Assembly: GCA_029945195.1 (NCBI GenBank)
Contig: GCA_029945195.1_4117.1
DNA from: a phage
DNA: 64,000 nt
Reading direction: 5' to 3' (one strand)
Below are positions 34,109-44,570 of this stretch, piece by piece (positions within the stretch are counted from its first letter, which is position 1; every line of letters starts with the position of its first letter). Under the pieces are notes generated by a model. That model searched no databases and was not told the DNA's origin. It was given only the letters and a program-made list of their open reading frames with translations. Made by a program: the position numbers and the translations under genes.

Positions 34109-34579
34109 ATGAGTTTAGAAAGAGCATTAGAGATTGCGAAGTTAATTGATTTATGCAGCAAAGAAATTGTAGCAAATTGTCTTAATGGATATCTATTCAA
34201 GGAAGGTAAATCATATTGTCGAATGAGATACGATGACAGTAGTGAGTACATTCACATGTATGAAGAAAACTTAGATTCTTCTGAAACAACACTCAATGGG
34301 TGTGATGTTAATTTGGAAGATAATTACATGTACTTCTGTCGTGATGCTGATATTTTAATACAAGATTCTGACATTATATCTGGTGCAGCAGAGAAACATC
34401 TTCCGTATTCAGTACTGGATAATGACTGGGGAAGTGAAGAGTACTACTTCCAGCAGAATACTATCTACGAGGAAGATGTACTTGACAAGCTTGTCATTCT
34501 GTGGTACTTTAATAATACAGATTGTCCTAGCTTCTATTTGGACTTGGATCTACTACGAGTTATTAAAGAGGATATATGA
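34109..34579 (+). CDS. family-B subfamily protein
   Basis: DWGSEEYYFQQNTIYEEDVLDKLVILWYF. Confidence 0.65.
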   Translation: MSLERALEIAKLIDLCSKEIVANCLNGYLFKEGKSYCRMRYDDSSEYIHMYEENLDSSETTLNGCDVNLEDNYMYFCRDADILIQDSDIISGAAEKHLPYSVLDNDWGSEEYYFQQNTIYEEDVLDKLVILWYFNNTDCPSFYLDLDLLRVIKEDI

Positions 34580-35019
34580 GTTTAGCAAGTGCACTTGAAC
34601 TAGCACACAGAATACATCACTTCCACGATAACATAAAAAGTGGGTTCTATGGTGATAAAGTAAGTGCATTTGGTGATGAGTATTATCTATCAGGTATAAA
34701 GACATACTCTGATGATATTTTACTTATGGGACAGGATAAAGACAATACTATACAGTACTCTTCATGTAGTCAATATACTAATTTTTTTGTATATATTCCA
34801 GGTACTAAGATTACTTTTGACACAACAAATACACCTGTTGACTTCGGGGTACTTGATGGCCCGTGGGGTACTGAAGAGTATTACTTCCAACAGAGTCTCA
34901 TTTTTAACCAAGAAATTCTTGATTCCTTGGTTGTGTTGTGGTACTTTAAGGAATTGAATTTTGAACCATTCTTTCTTGACTGGGGAGCATGTGAATATTT
35001 AAGTACAGGGGATTTGTAA
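34576..35019 (+). CDS. family-B subfamily protein
   Basis: GPWGTEEYYFQQSLIFNQEILDSLVVLWYF. Confidence 0.65.
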   Translation: MSLASALELAHRIHHFHDNIKSGFYGDKVSAFGDEYYLSGIKTYSDDILLMGQDKDNTIQYSSCSQYTNFFVYIPGTKITFDTTNTPVDFGVLDGPWGTEEYYFQQSLIFNQEILDSLVVLWYFKELNFEPFFLDWGACEYLSTGDL

Positions 35020-35507
35020 TGTCATTACAAAGTGCATTGAAAGAAGCAAAGAAGATTCATGAGTACATGATTATGGTACAGGAAGGTTCAGTACCAGGTG
35101 TATATAAAACATCTGATACTGAATTTTTTGTAAAAGACCGTGACGATTATGACGAGTCCGAGATATGTGCAGAAACATTAGTACTGCACACTGATACTGG
35201 TGACAGTGATAACTGTGAATATCATATGTACAATCAGTACATTAGTTATTGTCGTAATGAAGATATTACCATCTACAACACAGATAGTGATGCTGATGAC
35301 ACTATCATTCCTTATTCAGTACTGGAAGGACCGTGGGATAGTGAAGAATATTACTTCCAGAATAGTACGTTGTACAATGAAGAAGAATTAGATGTTATTG
35401 TAATTATGTGGTATTTCAAAAGTATTGACTCCAGTAGTTTCTATTTTGATTATGAATATGTAGAGAATACTGTAGGAGAAGGTAATGTCATTACAAAGTG
35501 CTCTTGA
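35019..35507 (+). CDS. family-B subfamily protein
   Basis: GPWDSEEYYFQNSTLYNEEELDVIVIMWYF. Confidence 0.65.
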   Translation: MSLQSALKEAKKIHEYMIMVQEGSVPGVYKTSDTEFFVKDRDDYDESEICAETLVLHTDTGDSDNCEYHMYNQYISYCRNEDITIYNTDSDADDTIIPYSVLEGPWDSEEYYFQNSTLYNEEELDVIVIMWYFKSIDSSSFYFDYEYVENTVGEGNVITKCS

Positions 35508-35937
35508 AAAAGCAAAAGAACTACATGGATACTTTGACGATATAAAGGCAGGAAAGTTCAAAGAAGTGTACAAAGCCGAGAACGGCAACTACTACAAGGA
35601 TGAAATGTATAATAACTCCGTTGGTGTAAGGGTTATTCTTGGGTTGAATTCCAATAGTCCTATATCGTTTTCTGAATACAATAGAGATGCAGAATTTATT
35701 AGTTATGTTGAAAATGGTAGCATTCGTTTTATTAATCGCAAAAAACCATTAATTTTGAATTATGAAGTACTGGAAGGTCCGTGGGATAGTGAAGAGTATT
35801 ACTTCCAAAACAGTACTGTTTACGATGATGAAGTACTTGAAGCATTAGTTATTATGTGGTACTTAAAGAGTGTTAACTGTCCTCGATTTTATTTGGATTT
35901 CGAAGAACTTCGTAAAGATCCAGAAGGTATAGAATGA
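35485..35937 (+). CDS. family-B subfamily protein
   Basis: GPWDSEEYYFQNSTVYDDEVLEALVIMWYL. Confidence 0.65.
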   Translation: MSLQSALEKAKELHGYFDDIKAGKFKEVYKAENGNYYKDEMYNNSVGVRVILGLNSNSPISFSEYNRDAEFISYVENGSIRFINRKKPLILNYEVLEGPWDSEEYYFQNSTVYDDEVLEALVIMWYLKSVNCPRFYLDFEELRKDPEGIE

Positions 35938-36248
35938 AAAACTTATTCAGTGTTCAGTACGTCCCTGGTGAAATTAGTTTATTGTATCTGTTTGATCATG
36001 ATAATTCATTATTACTAGTAGTAAAGAAATGCCAAGCTAGTTCATTTGTTGAATACATTCACGATAGTGAATATATACCTGATTTTTTAGAGTGTGATTA
36101 TTACGATGAACATGAATCATTTATTTTCCAGGAATCGCTCGTGTGGGATAAATCGATCAACTTCTTTACGTTAATTGAATTACAAAAGCAGGTGAAGTAT
36201 CATTGGAATTACTTAATCACACAGGATTACATTGAGATAGAAATATAA
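35934..36248 (+). CDS. family-B array protein (divergent)
   Basis: DEHESFIFQESLVWDK. Confidence 0.55.
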   Translation: MKNLFSVQYVPGEISLLYLFDHDNSLLLVVKKCQASSFVEYIHDSEYIPDFLECDYYDEHESFIFQESLVWDKSINFFTLIELQKQVKYHWNYLITQDYIEIEI

Positions 36249-36556
36249 TGACTAAAAATGAATTTGATTCACTTTGTACGGTTTATAATTCATTGACAGA
36301 AATACCTGACTTTATTAATTACATTTCAGCTTTAAATCAAATTATGCATAGTTTTGAACAATCGTTTGAAGAGAAATATGCTGGTAGAAAAGTTCTATGT
36401 CATATGTCAATGTACTTAGGAGATGGTGAGCCTTACACTACAAGTACTACATGTGAAATAAAAAAATATAATATATTATTGGGGACAATAGAATTCACAG
36501 TATCCAATGGTGGTAGTTATATGTACTTTAGAGATGGAGTGGTTGAATTATTATGA
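36248..36556 (+). CDS. hypothetical protein (102 aa)
   Basis: ORF track; no family motif. Confidence 0.45.
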   Translation: MTKNEFDSLCTVYNSLTEIPDFINYISALNQIMHSFEQSFEEKYAGRKVLCHMSMYLGDGEPYTTSTTCEIKKYNILLGTIEFTVSNGGSYMYFRDGVVELL

Positions 36557-37002
36557 GTTACGAAAGTGCAATCAAGAAAGCAAATGATATTCTACGCGTC
36601 GTTAAATTCTTCAAAGAAAATCCTGAATACTTAGCTGATGAAAACCATGATCACGATGAGAGATTGAGACGAAAAATTGTCGCTTTATTTGACACTAATG
36701 CGGATAATTATAGTCTAATTGAGTTAGCATACGATTATATTTCATTGAACCGAAACGGACATTTAGTTAATATAGAAAGACATGCGAGTGAAGAATCTTT
36801 TAAAATTTCAGACATTTTATCCCTGAGTACTGAAGAAGGGTACTTCCAGGGTAGTACTGTTTATGAACAAGGAACACTTGACAATCTATGCACATTCAGT
36901 GTAATATATCAGAAATCAGTACTGGATGTATTTTATCTTGACACTGCTGAACTGGATACACTAATCAATTTTGTTACTACTGAAGAGGCCACATTTGAGT
37001 GA
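36553..37002 (+). CDS. family-B array protein
   Basis: LSTEEGYFQGSTVYEQG. Confidence 0.6.
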   Translation: MSYESAIKKANDILRVVKFFKENPEYLADENHDHDERLRRKIVALFDTNADNYSLIELAYDYISLNRNGHLVNIERHASEESFKISDILSLSTEEGYFQGSTVYEQGTLDNLCTFSVIYQKSVLDVFYLDTAELDTLINFVTTEEATFE

Positions 37003-37535
37003 TGAAAGTTAACATCAATGACTTTGATGCATTACAAGATTTATCAAAAAAGATTCGTATCATCGTACCAGTACTCAAAAAATGCAGTACTGGTTTAATC
37101 GATCCTAGTACTGTTGTTAATGAGAAGTACAATTTTCATTATGTATTACAGGGTACTGGGGCATTCCAGAAGTGTGAGGTGCGTGAGACACACGTAATTG
37201 ATACATCATTGTTTTCTATTGGTGCACCTGTGTCGAATAATACTATTTTCCTAGACAACGCTGGAAATATTCAACAATTAACATTTAAGAAAAGGAAAAA
37301 GAACAATAACATTGGTGTGTATGCGATGAAGTGGGGTCAACCTGATTTGAAGCGTGAAATTCACATCCCTAAGTACAATTACAATGCATTTGACGAACAG
37401 TGTTTTCAACTATCGTGTACTGACCCTGACTATGCTATCATTCAGTTCTATATGGAATTGCAGATAGCATTTAACAGTAATTTGTATATTAACTTATTGG
37501 CGATTAACATTGATGAAGTATTCAAAAACATTTAA
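36999..37535 (+). CDS. family-B array protein (divergent)
   Basis: FDEQCFQLSCTDPD. Confidence 0.5.
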   Translation: MMKVNINDFDALQDLSKKIRIIVPVLKKCSTGLIDPSTVVNEKYNFHYVLQGTGAFQKCEVRETHVIDTSLFSIGAPVSNNTIFLDNAGNIQQLTFKKRKKNNNIGVYAMKWGQPDLKREIHIPKYNYNAFDEQCFQLSCTDPDYAIIQFYMELQIAFNSNLYINLLAINIDEVFKNI

Positions 37536-37731
37536 TCGAATTGAATACATGAGAACTGTGAGTGCAGTGTGGGACATATGGTTCACTACTAAACCAAAAA
37601 TGGATTACCATGACTTTAAGCTCTTGTTCTTCGTTGGCTCTAACAAACAGGATGTTGCAATGAAGGGTTATATTCAGCACTTACAGGAACTAATCCAGAA
37701 GAGAATATATGAAAATAATAGACCAAAATGA
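37510..37731 (+). CDS. family-A-like protein (VGSNKQ)
   Basis: FFVGSNKQDVAMKGYIQHLQELI. Confidence 0.5.
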   Translation: MMKYSKTFNRIEYMRTVSAVWDIWFTTKPKMDYHDFKLLFFVGSNKQDVAMKGYIQHLQELIQKRIYENNRPK

Positions 37732-37900
37732 CATTGCTAAACTATTCAATATATATTCTACTAGAATGATGCAAACAGACTCATATAGTACTGAATTCAA
37801 AGAGTTGAAAGTCCTGATGTACTTGGGAACCCAATATCAGGAACAAGTTATTTTGGAATATATTAATTCGCTGAAGAAGGATATCCGTTATGTACGATGA
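37709..37900 (+). CDS. family-A-like protein (LGTQYQ)
   Basis: MYLGTQYQEQVILEYINSLKKDI. Confidence 0.55.
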   Translation: MKIIDQNDIAKLFNIYSTRMMQTDSYSTEFKELKVLMYLGTQYQEQVILEYINSLKKDIRYVR

Positions 37901-38450
37901 TTTAGATATTGCGTTTGAACGTATGGTAATTTTAATGCAATGTGCAGAAATGCATGAAACAATCCGTCGCACCAAAGGGATTGAATATACAAGTAAACTA
38001 TTCTCATACGAAAGTCGTCGAGGGATGGATCATTTTTACTGCACTGATTGTTCAAAGTTTTCAGTACTGAAATATTATCATCCTACTGTTTCCAATAATA
38101 GTTTAATATCCACATATGACGGTGTTCTGTTTAGTGTAATGTATGACACATTACATCCATCAATTTCAATCTATAAAGATTGCGATAGTAGTTTATCGTA
38201 TATAATTGAAGATTACTTATCTCCTAATACTGAAGAGAATATTTTTCAGAACAGTGTGTTGCATGATGAATTAAGCATAAAATGCATCTATATGTTCAAT
38301 AAGTTAAAAGAGTACGCCGATAATAATTACTTAATTGATAAGTTAGCAGTATTGTCTGTTTCCGTTTTTAATACAAATGACATTGATATGAAATACTATA
38401 ATGAGATTTGTAAAGTACATCATATGTATAAGGAACTATTATGTCAATAA
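37890..38450 (+). CDS. family-B array protein
   Basis: NTEENIFQNSVLHDE. Confidence 0.55.
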   Translation: MYDDLDIAFERMVILMQCAEMHETIRRTKGIEYTSKLFSYESRRGMDHFYCTDCSKFSVLKYYHPTVSNNSLISTYDGVLFSVMYDTLHPSISIYKDCDSSLSYIIEDYLSPNTEENIFQNSVLHDELSIKCIYMFNKLKEYADNNYLIDKLAVLSVSVFNTNDIDMKYYNEICKVHHMYKELLCQ

Positions 38451-39043
38451 ATGCAAATAAATGTTGTAGTGCAGATGTGCATTTGTTTTTTAAGAAATTA
38501 GCAAATGATATTATATATATGCAGGAAATGATTTATCACAAACGAGCGGATTTAGAAAAAGCATTAGTACAGTTCTCATTTATGCTTGATGGTGATATAT
38601 TTCTAGAGAGTGATGCATTGCGAATAGTATTAGATAAAAATGCTAAAAGATTTTTATTTCATATAGATAATAAATTATGTTCCTCCGTATGTCGTACTTT
38701 TTATAATCGTGATTCGGACTTATATCAATTCCTTTATTCTAAAGGTGCAGTAGAAGCATCATATGGTGATGGTTATGCCCTAGGAAAGAGTATTCCATTT
38801 ATGAAATCATTTAAAATAGAACACATCAGTACTGATGAAGATGCAATGTTCACAAATGATATAACTATGGGACGTGAAGATGCAATGCGATATATTACAA
38901 ATTCTATGCATACATTCTTTCAACGAACAGAATTTGATAATGTATATATATCAAATGTAAATATTTTCAATGACCTGTGTCAGTACTTGAGAAGTGTTTG
39001 TGATTTTGATGAAAGCTATTGTAAGCTTTATACTGAGGTATAA
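38441..39043 (+). CDS. hypothetical array protein (motif degenerate)
   Basis: ORF track; tandem position. Confidence 0.45.
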   Translation: MSINANKCCSADVHLFFKKLANDIIYMQEMIYHKRADLEKALVQFSFMLDGDIFLESDALRIVLDKNAKRFLFHIDNKLCSSVCRTFYNRDSDLYQFLYSKGAVEASYGDGYALGKSIPFMKSFKIEHISTDEDAMFTNDITMGREDAMRYITNSMHTFFQRTEFDNVYISNVNIFNDLCQYLRSVCDFDESYCKLYTEV

Positions 39044-39048
39044 AACAA

Positions 39049-39411
39049 ATGAACACATTAAGTATTACATACTATACAACTAAAAAATTAGTTACTTGTT
39101 TAATATCATTGAAGACAAACCATGATGATATGTTTGATATGGCTGCATATGAATTAGAATTATCAGAAGATGGCTTCAAGAGCTATGAAGTATATAGCTA
39201 TGTTCGTGAAGATGTAATTGACACTACACTAATGCAAGAGGATGAGTTATTCCAAGAAAGTTTAGTATGGGATAATAAGTACGATTGTAACTTTGATTTC
39301 TTATGTTTAATCCAGAAAGAAATGAAAAGAATCTTTGATAATTATCCAATCAAACGTTTCAGTACTGCACCTGAGCAATATAAAAGGATTATATTCACCT
39401 ATGAAGATTGA
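39049..39411 (+). CDS. family-B array protein
   Basis: MQEDELFQESLVWDNKY. Confidence 0.6.
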   Translation: MNTLSITYYTTKKLVTCLISLKTNHDDMFDMAAYELELSEDGFKSYEVYSYVREDVIDTTLMQEDELFQESLVWDNKYDCNFDFLCLIQKEMKRIFDNYPIKRFSTAPEQYKRIIFTYED

Positions 39412-39778
39412 ATTTGAAGTTATTACATATAGTATAGGTGATGGTATCCGTTGCTATGTACAAGCAAGGCATATGGTTCCTGATGATAAACTGTCACCCA
39501 AAAGCTTCTGTATCACACAAGATCTCTTAGATATCAACGGAGAGTACAAGTACATATATTATCTTACTAAGGGTTATTGTAGTACACGCGGTTTTAATAT
39601 TGTAGCTGTTTCTAGAGATGAAATTGATGATTTAACTGAGTACGGGGAAGAAGAGATGTTCCAGTACAGTACTGTTTTTAATGAACTGGATGTGTTTCTG
39701 TTACGAAAAATACAACACATTATGCAAGAATGTTTGCATCATAAGAGAGGTATGGTATGCGACGTGAATCTGAATTAG
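39401..39778 (+). CDS. family-B array protein
   Basis: track ORF trimmed to ATGA-junction ATG 39401; GEEEMFQYSTVFNE. Confidence 0.55.
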   Translation: MKIEFEVITYSIGDGIRCYVQARHMVPDDKLSPKSFCITQDLLDINGEYKYIYYLTKGYCSTRGFNIVAVSRDEIDDLTEYGEEEMFQYSTVFNELDVFLLRKIQHIMQECLHHKRGMVCDVNLN

Positions 39779-40098
39779 TTAAAGTAATGTACGCTACTCA
39801 TATTAAACTACTACTTGTTAAATTTGATTATAATAAAAAACATAATGATTTCTATACTTTAATTCGTGATGAAAATACATTCTCCTTGCGATGCAACAAT
39901 ATACCCTTGAAGATAAATGATTTTACTTCACTTGACGAGGGGGAATTATTTCAAGAATCATTAGTTTTTAATAGTAATATAAAAATTGATATAGAAGTTA
40001 TTAAAAAATACCAGATTCTATTGAACAAAATTATGAATTGTTATCCATGTGAAATAGGTGGTCATATGCAGTTCAAATCAAAAATGTATGAATTATGA
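39757..40098 (+). CDS. family-B array protein
   Basis: LDEGELFQESLVFNSN. Confidence 0.6.
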   Translation: MRRESELVKVMYATHIKLLLVKFDYNKKHNDFYTLIRDENTFSLRCNNIPLKINDFTSLDEGELFQESLVFNSNIKIDIEVIKKYQILLNKIMNCYPCEIGGHMQFKSKMYEL

Positions 40099-40105
40099 GG
40101 TTTAT

Positions 40106-40642
40106 ATGTTAGATAAAAAAATGAACTCTGGAACCCAATATAATCATCTTAAGTTGGATACATTCGAATCAGCTATCAGTACAGCACAAGATATAATTGA
40201 TATTATCAAGTTCATTAAAGAAGATAAGTTCAAATGTTTGAAAATACTAAATCGTTCAATGTACCGTGATAAAAATATTCATGTATCAGTACGTAGACCG
40301 AAAGATCAAGAAAGTGGGAGAGATTTCTATAACAACAGTGAGCAGTTCGAATGTGAATATGATCCAGAATTTAGAGGTGGTTTCATGTGTTACAGTATGA
40401 AGGATACCTCACACATTGAGATACGTTCATCGAAAGGTGGCATACGTACATTAGAGTTTATTGATATAGTTTTAAATCAGGAATACTACTTTCAACTATC
40501 ATTATTGTTTCCTTCATACGATTTAGGAGTTCTATTCATGTATAAGTACTTTCATGAGCACTGGAATGAAGACTTCTATCTGGACTTAGAAGATTACCAA
40601 TTAGTTTGGAAAGAAATGGTAGAACTTCGCAACCCATCTTGA
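40106..40642 (+). CDS. family-B array protein
   Basis: track ORF trimmed to ATG 40106 (SD GAGG); NQEYYFQLSLLFP. Confidence 0.55.
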   Translation: MLDKKMNSGTQYNHLKLDTFESAISTAQDIIDIIKFIKEDKFKCLKILNRSMYRDKNIHVSVRRPKDQESGRDFYNNSEQFECEYDPEFRGGFMCYSMKDTSHIEIRSSKGGIRTLEFIDIVLNQEYYFQLSLLFPSYDLGVLFMYKYFHEHWNEDFYLDLEDYQLVWKEMVELRNPS

Positions 40643-40701
40643 CACCCTCCGATTCTTTGTGATATAATCTCTTTATATTAATTGTAAAGGGTTATATCAC
40701 A

Positions 40702-41178
40702 ATGTCCAAAGACCTATCATTTAGCAATGCACAAAAAATAGCAAAAGACATTATCAGGGTTTATAAATTCCTTACAAATGTTACTGAAGATTTTTCCGTA
40801 GGCAAACATACAGTCAAAAAACGAAATGGATACCTTTCCTTTATGGATGGGTTACTCTATAGTTCAGATGAATCAACTTGTAGTATTAGAGTGCTTGATG
40901 AAGTACCAAGTGGTGATTTTATTTCATACCATTTCCCAAGTTCAGATAATTTCAAATACTACAATCATCATCTTATAAATGAAGGATTTGATACGGCTGA
41001 AATTAACACTGAAGAAGAGTTCTTCCAGTACAGTACTGTGTATCCAGAGAGGATTGTTTTCAGTTCAGTGATTTACACTGCCCTTAAAAATGAACTAAAT
41101 TCAGATAGTGATCATTTCTACTTGGACCTGAACAATCTCGATTGTATTATTGAGTACCTGGAGAAAAATGGTTTATGA
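40702..41178 (+). CDS. family-B array protein
   Basis: NTEEEFFQYSTVYPE; promoter-like TTGTGATATAAT upstream. Confidence 0.6.
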   Translation: MSKDLSFSNAQKIAKDIIRVYKFLTNVTEDFSVGKHTVKKRNGYLSFMDGLLYSSDESTCSIRVLDEVPSGDFISYHFPSSDNFKYYNHHLINEGFDTAEINTEEEFFQYSTVYPERIVFSSVIYTALKNELNSDSDHFYLDLNNLDCIIEYLEKNGL

Positions 41179-41645
41179 TTACTACAGAATATGATTACGA
41201 TGGTGTTTTAGAATTTGCAGAAAATATCTATCGCATTGCAAAGGAGTTCAGAAGTCCTGACCCATTTGGTGGTATGTTCGAATACGATGAGTTTAGTTCA
41301 TCCAAAGGAAGACTTGCGTTTACTAATGAAAGAGGTAATCAAATCTATGCCGAGTACTTTGATGATAATGACTTTCATTACAAAGCCGAATACATTTCAT
41401 ATTGCCCTGGGTCTGATTTGAAGATTAATATTGATACATTTAGAGAAGCAGTATTTGTTCCGTATAATGATTTAGTCTTCATGTCAGAGGAAATGTACTT
41501 TCAGGGTTCTTGTATTCATGATGTAAAAGTACTTAATGCTATGTTATTTTATGGTGCACTACTTAATCATTACAAATACAATCAACGATTCTTTTTAGAT
41601 TTAGCAGTCTACTATAAATGCGTGGATTATTTGAATGCAAAATAA
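41175..41645 (+). CDS. family-B array protein
   Basis: MSEEMYFQGSCIHD; ATGA overlap. Confidence 0.6.
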   Translation: MITTEYDYDGVLEFAENIYRIAKEFRSPDPFGGMFEYDEFSSSKGRLAFTNERGNQIYAEYFDDNDFHYKAEYISYCPGSDLKINIDTFREAVFVPYNDLVFMSEEMYFQGSCIHDVKVLNAMLFYGALLNHYKYNQRFFLDLAVYYKCVDYLNAK

Positions 41646-41997
41646 GAAAACAATTCAGTACATGACTGATGGTTCTGAATACTTTGTTTCAAGATATGTA
41701 ATCAACTACAACCATTATGTAACCTATATTCCAGAGTACAATCAATTTTATATTCAGATTTATCAAAATAATGGAAAGATAAATGATATATATTCAGAAA
41801 TAAAAATCCCTGATTATAGTACTTTATCAGAAGAGGAATTGTTTCAGGAGAACACTATAAGTACTGAAGATGTGTACGAAATAATGGAATACCAAAAGGT
41901 ACTTAAACATTTTCATGAAGCAAATGATATACAAATAGATATTGTTAAACCGTGGTGTTACAATACATATGAGGTAAATTATGTTAGAAATGATTAA
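41635..41997 (+). CDS. family-B array protein
   Basis: LSEEELFQENTIS. Confidence 0.55.
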   Translation: MQNKKTIQYMTDGSEYFVSRYVINYNHYVTYIPEYNQFYIQIYQNNGKINDIYSEIKIPDYSTLSEEELFQENTISTEDVYEIMEYQKVLKHFHEANDIQIDIVKPWCYNTYEVNYVRND

Positions 41998-42394
41998 AAT
42001 TATGCAACGCTGTCTTGTTGATCAACACGGGGTATATGGATATCGTTTAAGTGCTCCTATTGACAAAAATAAAACAACCTATGTAAGCTATAATGCTGTA
42101 CATGGATTTGATATATTCATTGATGCCAACAATAAAATCAAACAAGCTAAGGATGTGTCTATAATGACCCCTGATGAGTTATTCCAGTACAGCTTAGTTC
42201 TTCCTACATGTATCGATTTACAACGTCTAGGAGCGATACAGAAGGTTTTACGCGAACATAAAGTACAACCCAATAAAGTCACACACATTCCAGAAACAAT
42301 CTTCAAAACCATAGAAGTAGAAACTCCTGATTATATGTTAAGTGATGATGAGTACTACGAAAAACACTTCCCTGGTAAAGTTTGGAGAGACTAA
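41981..42394 (+). CDS. family-B array protein
   Basis: TPDELFQYSLVLP. Confidence 0.55.
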   Translation: MLEMIKIMQRCLVDQHGVYGYRLSAPIDKNKTTYVSYNAVHGFDIFIDANNKIKQAKDVSIMTPDELFQYSLVLPTCIDLQRLGAIQKVLREHKVQPNKVTHIPETIFKTIEVETPDYMLSDDEYYEKHFPGKVWRD

Positions 42395-42885
42395 TGAACC
42401 GAAAGTACAGAGAAACTATGAAGTTCGCTAAGGAGTGTTTAGAAGTGTTTGAGTTCATCAATGCTCATAAAGATTTACTCCATAGATACATTGCAATCAG
42501 TGAGACAGATGACCATAGGTACATATGTTCTCGAATTCACGATAAGATATATAAGATTGTGTTCTCGGAAACATACACAGATACATCTAATTCACTATAT
42601 GATTTTGCACGTACTGATTACGTTTCATACAAATCTTGGTCTGATAGTATTAAAATTGTGCACAAGCAAAATACATTTTATTCTTTTCTTACGGACATTT
42701 CCGAAGAAAGTTACTTTCAAAACAGTTTAATTTATACAGAAAAAGAACTCAAAATGTTATTCATAATGTCGTACTTTAAAAAGTACTGCAAATTTAATAC
42801 ATTATCTTTTGAGATTTCTGCAATGAAAGTATTCATTAAAAATGTAAAAGAATTAAAGAGGGCTTTTAATGTACATAGAAAATGA
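42382..42885 (+). CDS. family-B array protein
   Basis: SEESYFQNSLIYTEKELKMLFIMSYFKKY. Confidence 0.6.
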   Translation: MERLMNRKYRETMKFAKECLEVFEFINAHKDLLHRYIAISETDDHRYICSRIHDKIYKIVFSETYTDTSNSLYDFARTDYVSYKSWSDSIKIVHKQNTFYSFLTDISEESYFQNSLIYTEKELKMLFIMSYFKKYCKFNTLSFEISAMKVFIKNVKELKRAFNVHRK

Positions 42886-43411
42886 GAATGTAAAATGCAT
42901 TACTGACATTTGTATAAAATTAATGAAAATTTTCATTAACCCAAAATACAAGACTCGTTCTTTACGTCATAATATTGATGAGCATTGTACCATTAATATA
43001 CTAGGTAGTATTCTTGATGTAAAATATGATGGTAAAATGTTATTCGGTATAAGAGAAGAGAAGATAGATGATGCATTCTTTTCTTCTAAAGATAAATTTG
43101 AACCTTCTGATTATAAAGTGATTATTCGTGATGATAGCATCTATATTAGTAGTGATTATTCAAATTACTTCGATAAAATATACACTGAAAACGTTGACTA
43201 CCATTATGAAATGATTGATTTACCAGTAACAGACATTGATATGGAGAGAATCAAATTTTCATTATCAGATAATGAGTACTTAGGTATACAAACATATTAT
43301 TCACTACAAGGAAAGATTCCACCTGCTATGTATATAAGGATTGAGATTGGTAATGTATTCAATGATAAGGTTATATCAATTGCTGATAAAATATTGGGGG
43401 TTGAATTATGA
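42869..43411 (+). CDS. hypothetical array protein (motif degenerate)
   Basis: ORF track. Confidence 0.45.
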   Translation: MYIENENVKCITDICIKLMKIFINPKYKTRSLRHNIDEHCTINILGSILDVKYDGKMLFGIREEKIDDAFFSSKDKFEPSDYKVIIRDDSIYISSDYSNYFDKIYTENVDYHYEMIDLPVTDIDMERIKFSLSDNEYLGIQTYYSLQGKIPPAMYIRIEIGNVFNDKVISIADKILGVEL

Positions 43412-43971
43412 ATATCAATGATTACCAATTTCATAGGCTTGAATTTCGTCATTGTGTTGCATTTGCAAAAACATTGATGTGCATCATTGACACTCTTTCA
43501 TCCAAACAATTTCGTAAGGATAATGATTTATTTCTGAAAAAAGGTCGTGTAACATCATCCGATATCTGTGTTGAACTATTTGTTGATATCAGTGTTGATA
43601 CCGGAGACAGTACAAGGGTTGGTTGTATAGGTCATATTGGTACACATTGCTTCACATGGAATCCAAATACAAGTCAAGTACGAATTGATTATAGAAATTC
43701 ACGTTGGGTTGATCTTAGTACTGAATCCGATTTAGAATCAGCTATGTTCCAGCTAAGTTTAATTCACAATCCTAATGAACTTCTTTACATTATTACTTTC
43801 AGTTATCTGTTACAAAACTACGATAAACCATCAGGGTTTTTCATAGAATCGGATATAGAAGAAATTATGGAAGAGTTTCCTAGTTTAAAGGATATTCTGG
43901 TAGAAAAAGATTTCTATGAAGACTTCAGAGATTTATACGACATGCACTTGGAGTTATTTAAGAATGGATAA
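43408..43971 (+). CDS. family-B array protein
   Basis: LESAMFQLSLIHNP. Confidence 0.55.
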   Translation: MNINDYQFHRLEFRHCVAFAKTLMCIIDTLSSKQFRKDNDLFLKKGRVTSSDICVELFVDISVDTGDSTRVGCIGHIGTHCFTWNPNTSQVRIDYRNSRWVDLSTESDLESAMFQLSLIHNPNELLYIITFSYLLQNYDKPSGFFIESDIEEIMEEFPSLKDILVEKDFYEDFRDLYDMHLELFKNG

Positions 43972-44482
43972 AGATGATATTCTAATTAGACTAATCAACA
44001 GTCTGTTAAATTTCGTGAATAGTGCCAGTGATACACACAATATAGGTGACATTGAATTCAAATCATTTGGAATGTACGGTGAGGAAAAAACATATTATGC
44101 ATCAATGAAATTCCAAGATTATTATGAAATGTTAGTTTCATTATCATACGAAGATGTGGACCCAAGATGGAGTTCCAGTATTTCACTATCGAGAATGGTA
44201 ATTCGTAGTAAACATCGTTACATTTCGTCAAAGAATACTCCCAACTTGTTTGATATTGTTTTAAATGAAAATACCAATCCTATATCTAAACATGATATCG
44301 TACCTTTAACTGATGAAGTACTTTTTCAATTGAGCACCATTTGTGATGAAGATGTGATATCATGTATGAAAATTTATGAGAAGGTTGGGAGTGATATTCC
44401 CATGAACTATTACCTAACGATAGATGGAACATACCTCAGAGATGAAGCTCTAGCGTACATTGACAGTGTTTTACCAAAATAA
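43964..44482 (+). CDS. family-B array protein
   Basis: track ORF trimmed to ATG 43964; TDEVLFQLSTICDED. Confidence 0.55.
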   Translation: MDKDDILIRLINSLLNFVNSASDTHNIGDIEFKSFGMYGEEKTYYASMKFQDYYEMLVSLSYEDVDPRWSSSISLSRMVIRSKHRYISSKNTPNLFDIVLNENTNPISKHDIVPLTDEVLFQLSTICDEDVISCMKIYEKVGSDIPMNYYLTIDGTYLRDEALAYIDSVLPK

Positions 44483-44504
44483 AGACCCGTATTGGGTCTT
44501 TTTG
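44483..44504 (+). terminator. rho-independent terminator inside array
   Basis: AGACCC-GTATT-GGGTCT then TTTTG. Confidence 0.6.
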
Positions 44505-44570
44505 TGTTTACGTCTTTACAGTAGCATTCAGATGTGTTATAATCGCTTTTAATAGAGTACAGGAGAAGAT

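Noticed and set aside
33616-35937. Engineered TEV-protease tags (ENLYFQ-like)
   Set aside because: The motif varies among about 60 divergent natural paralogs with no vector or tag context; considered a native family motif.
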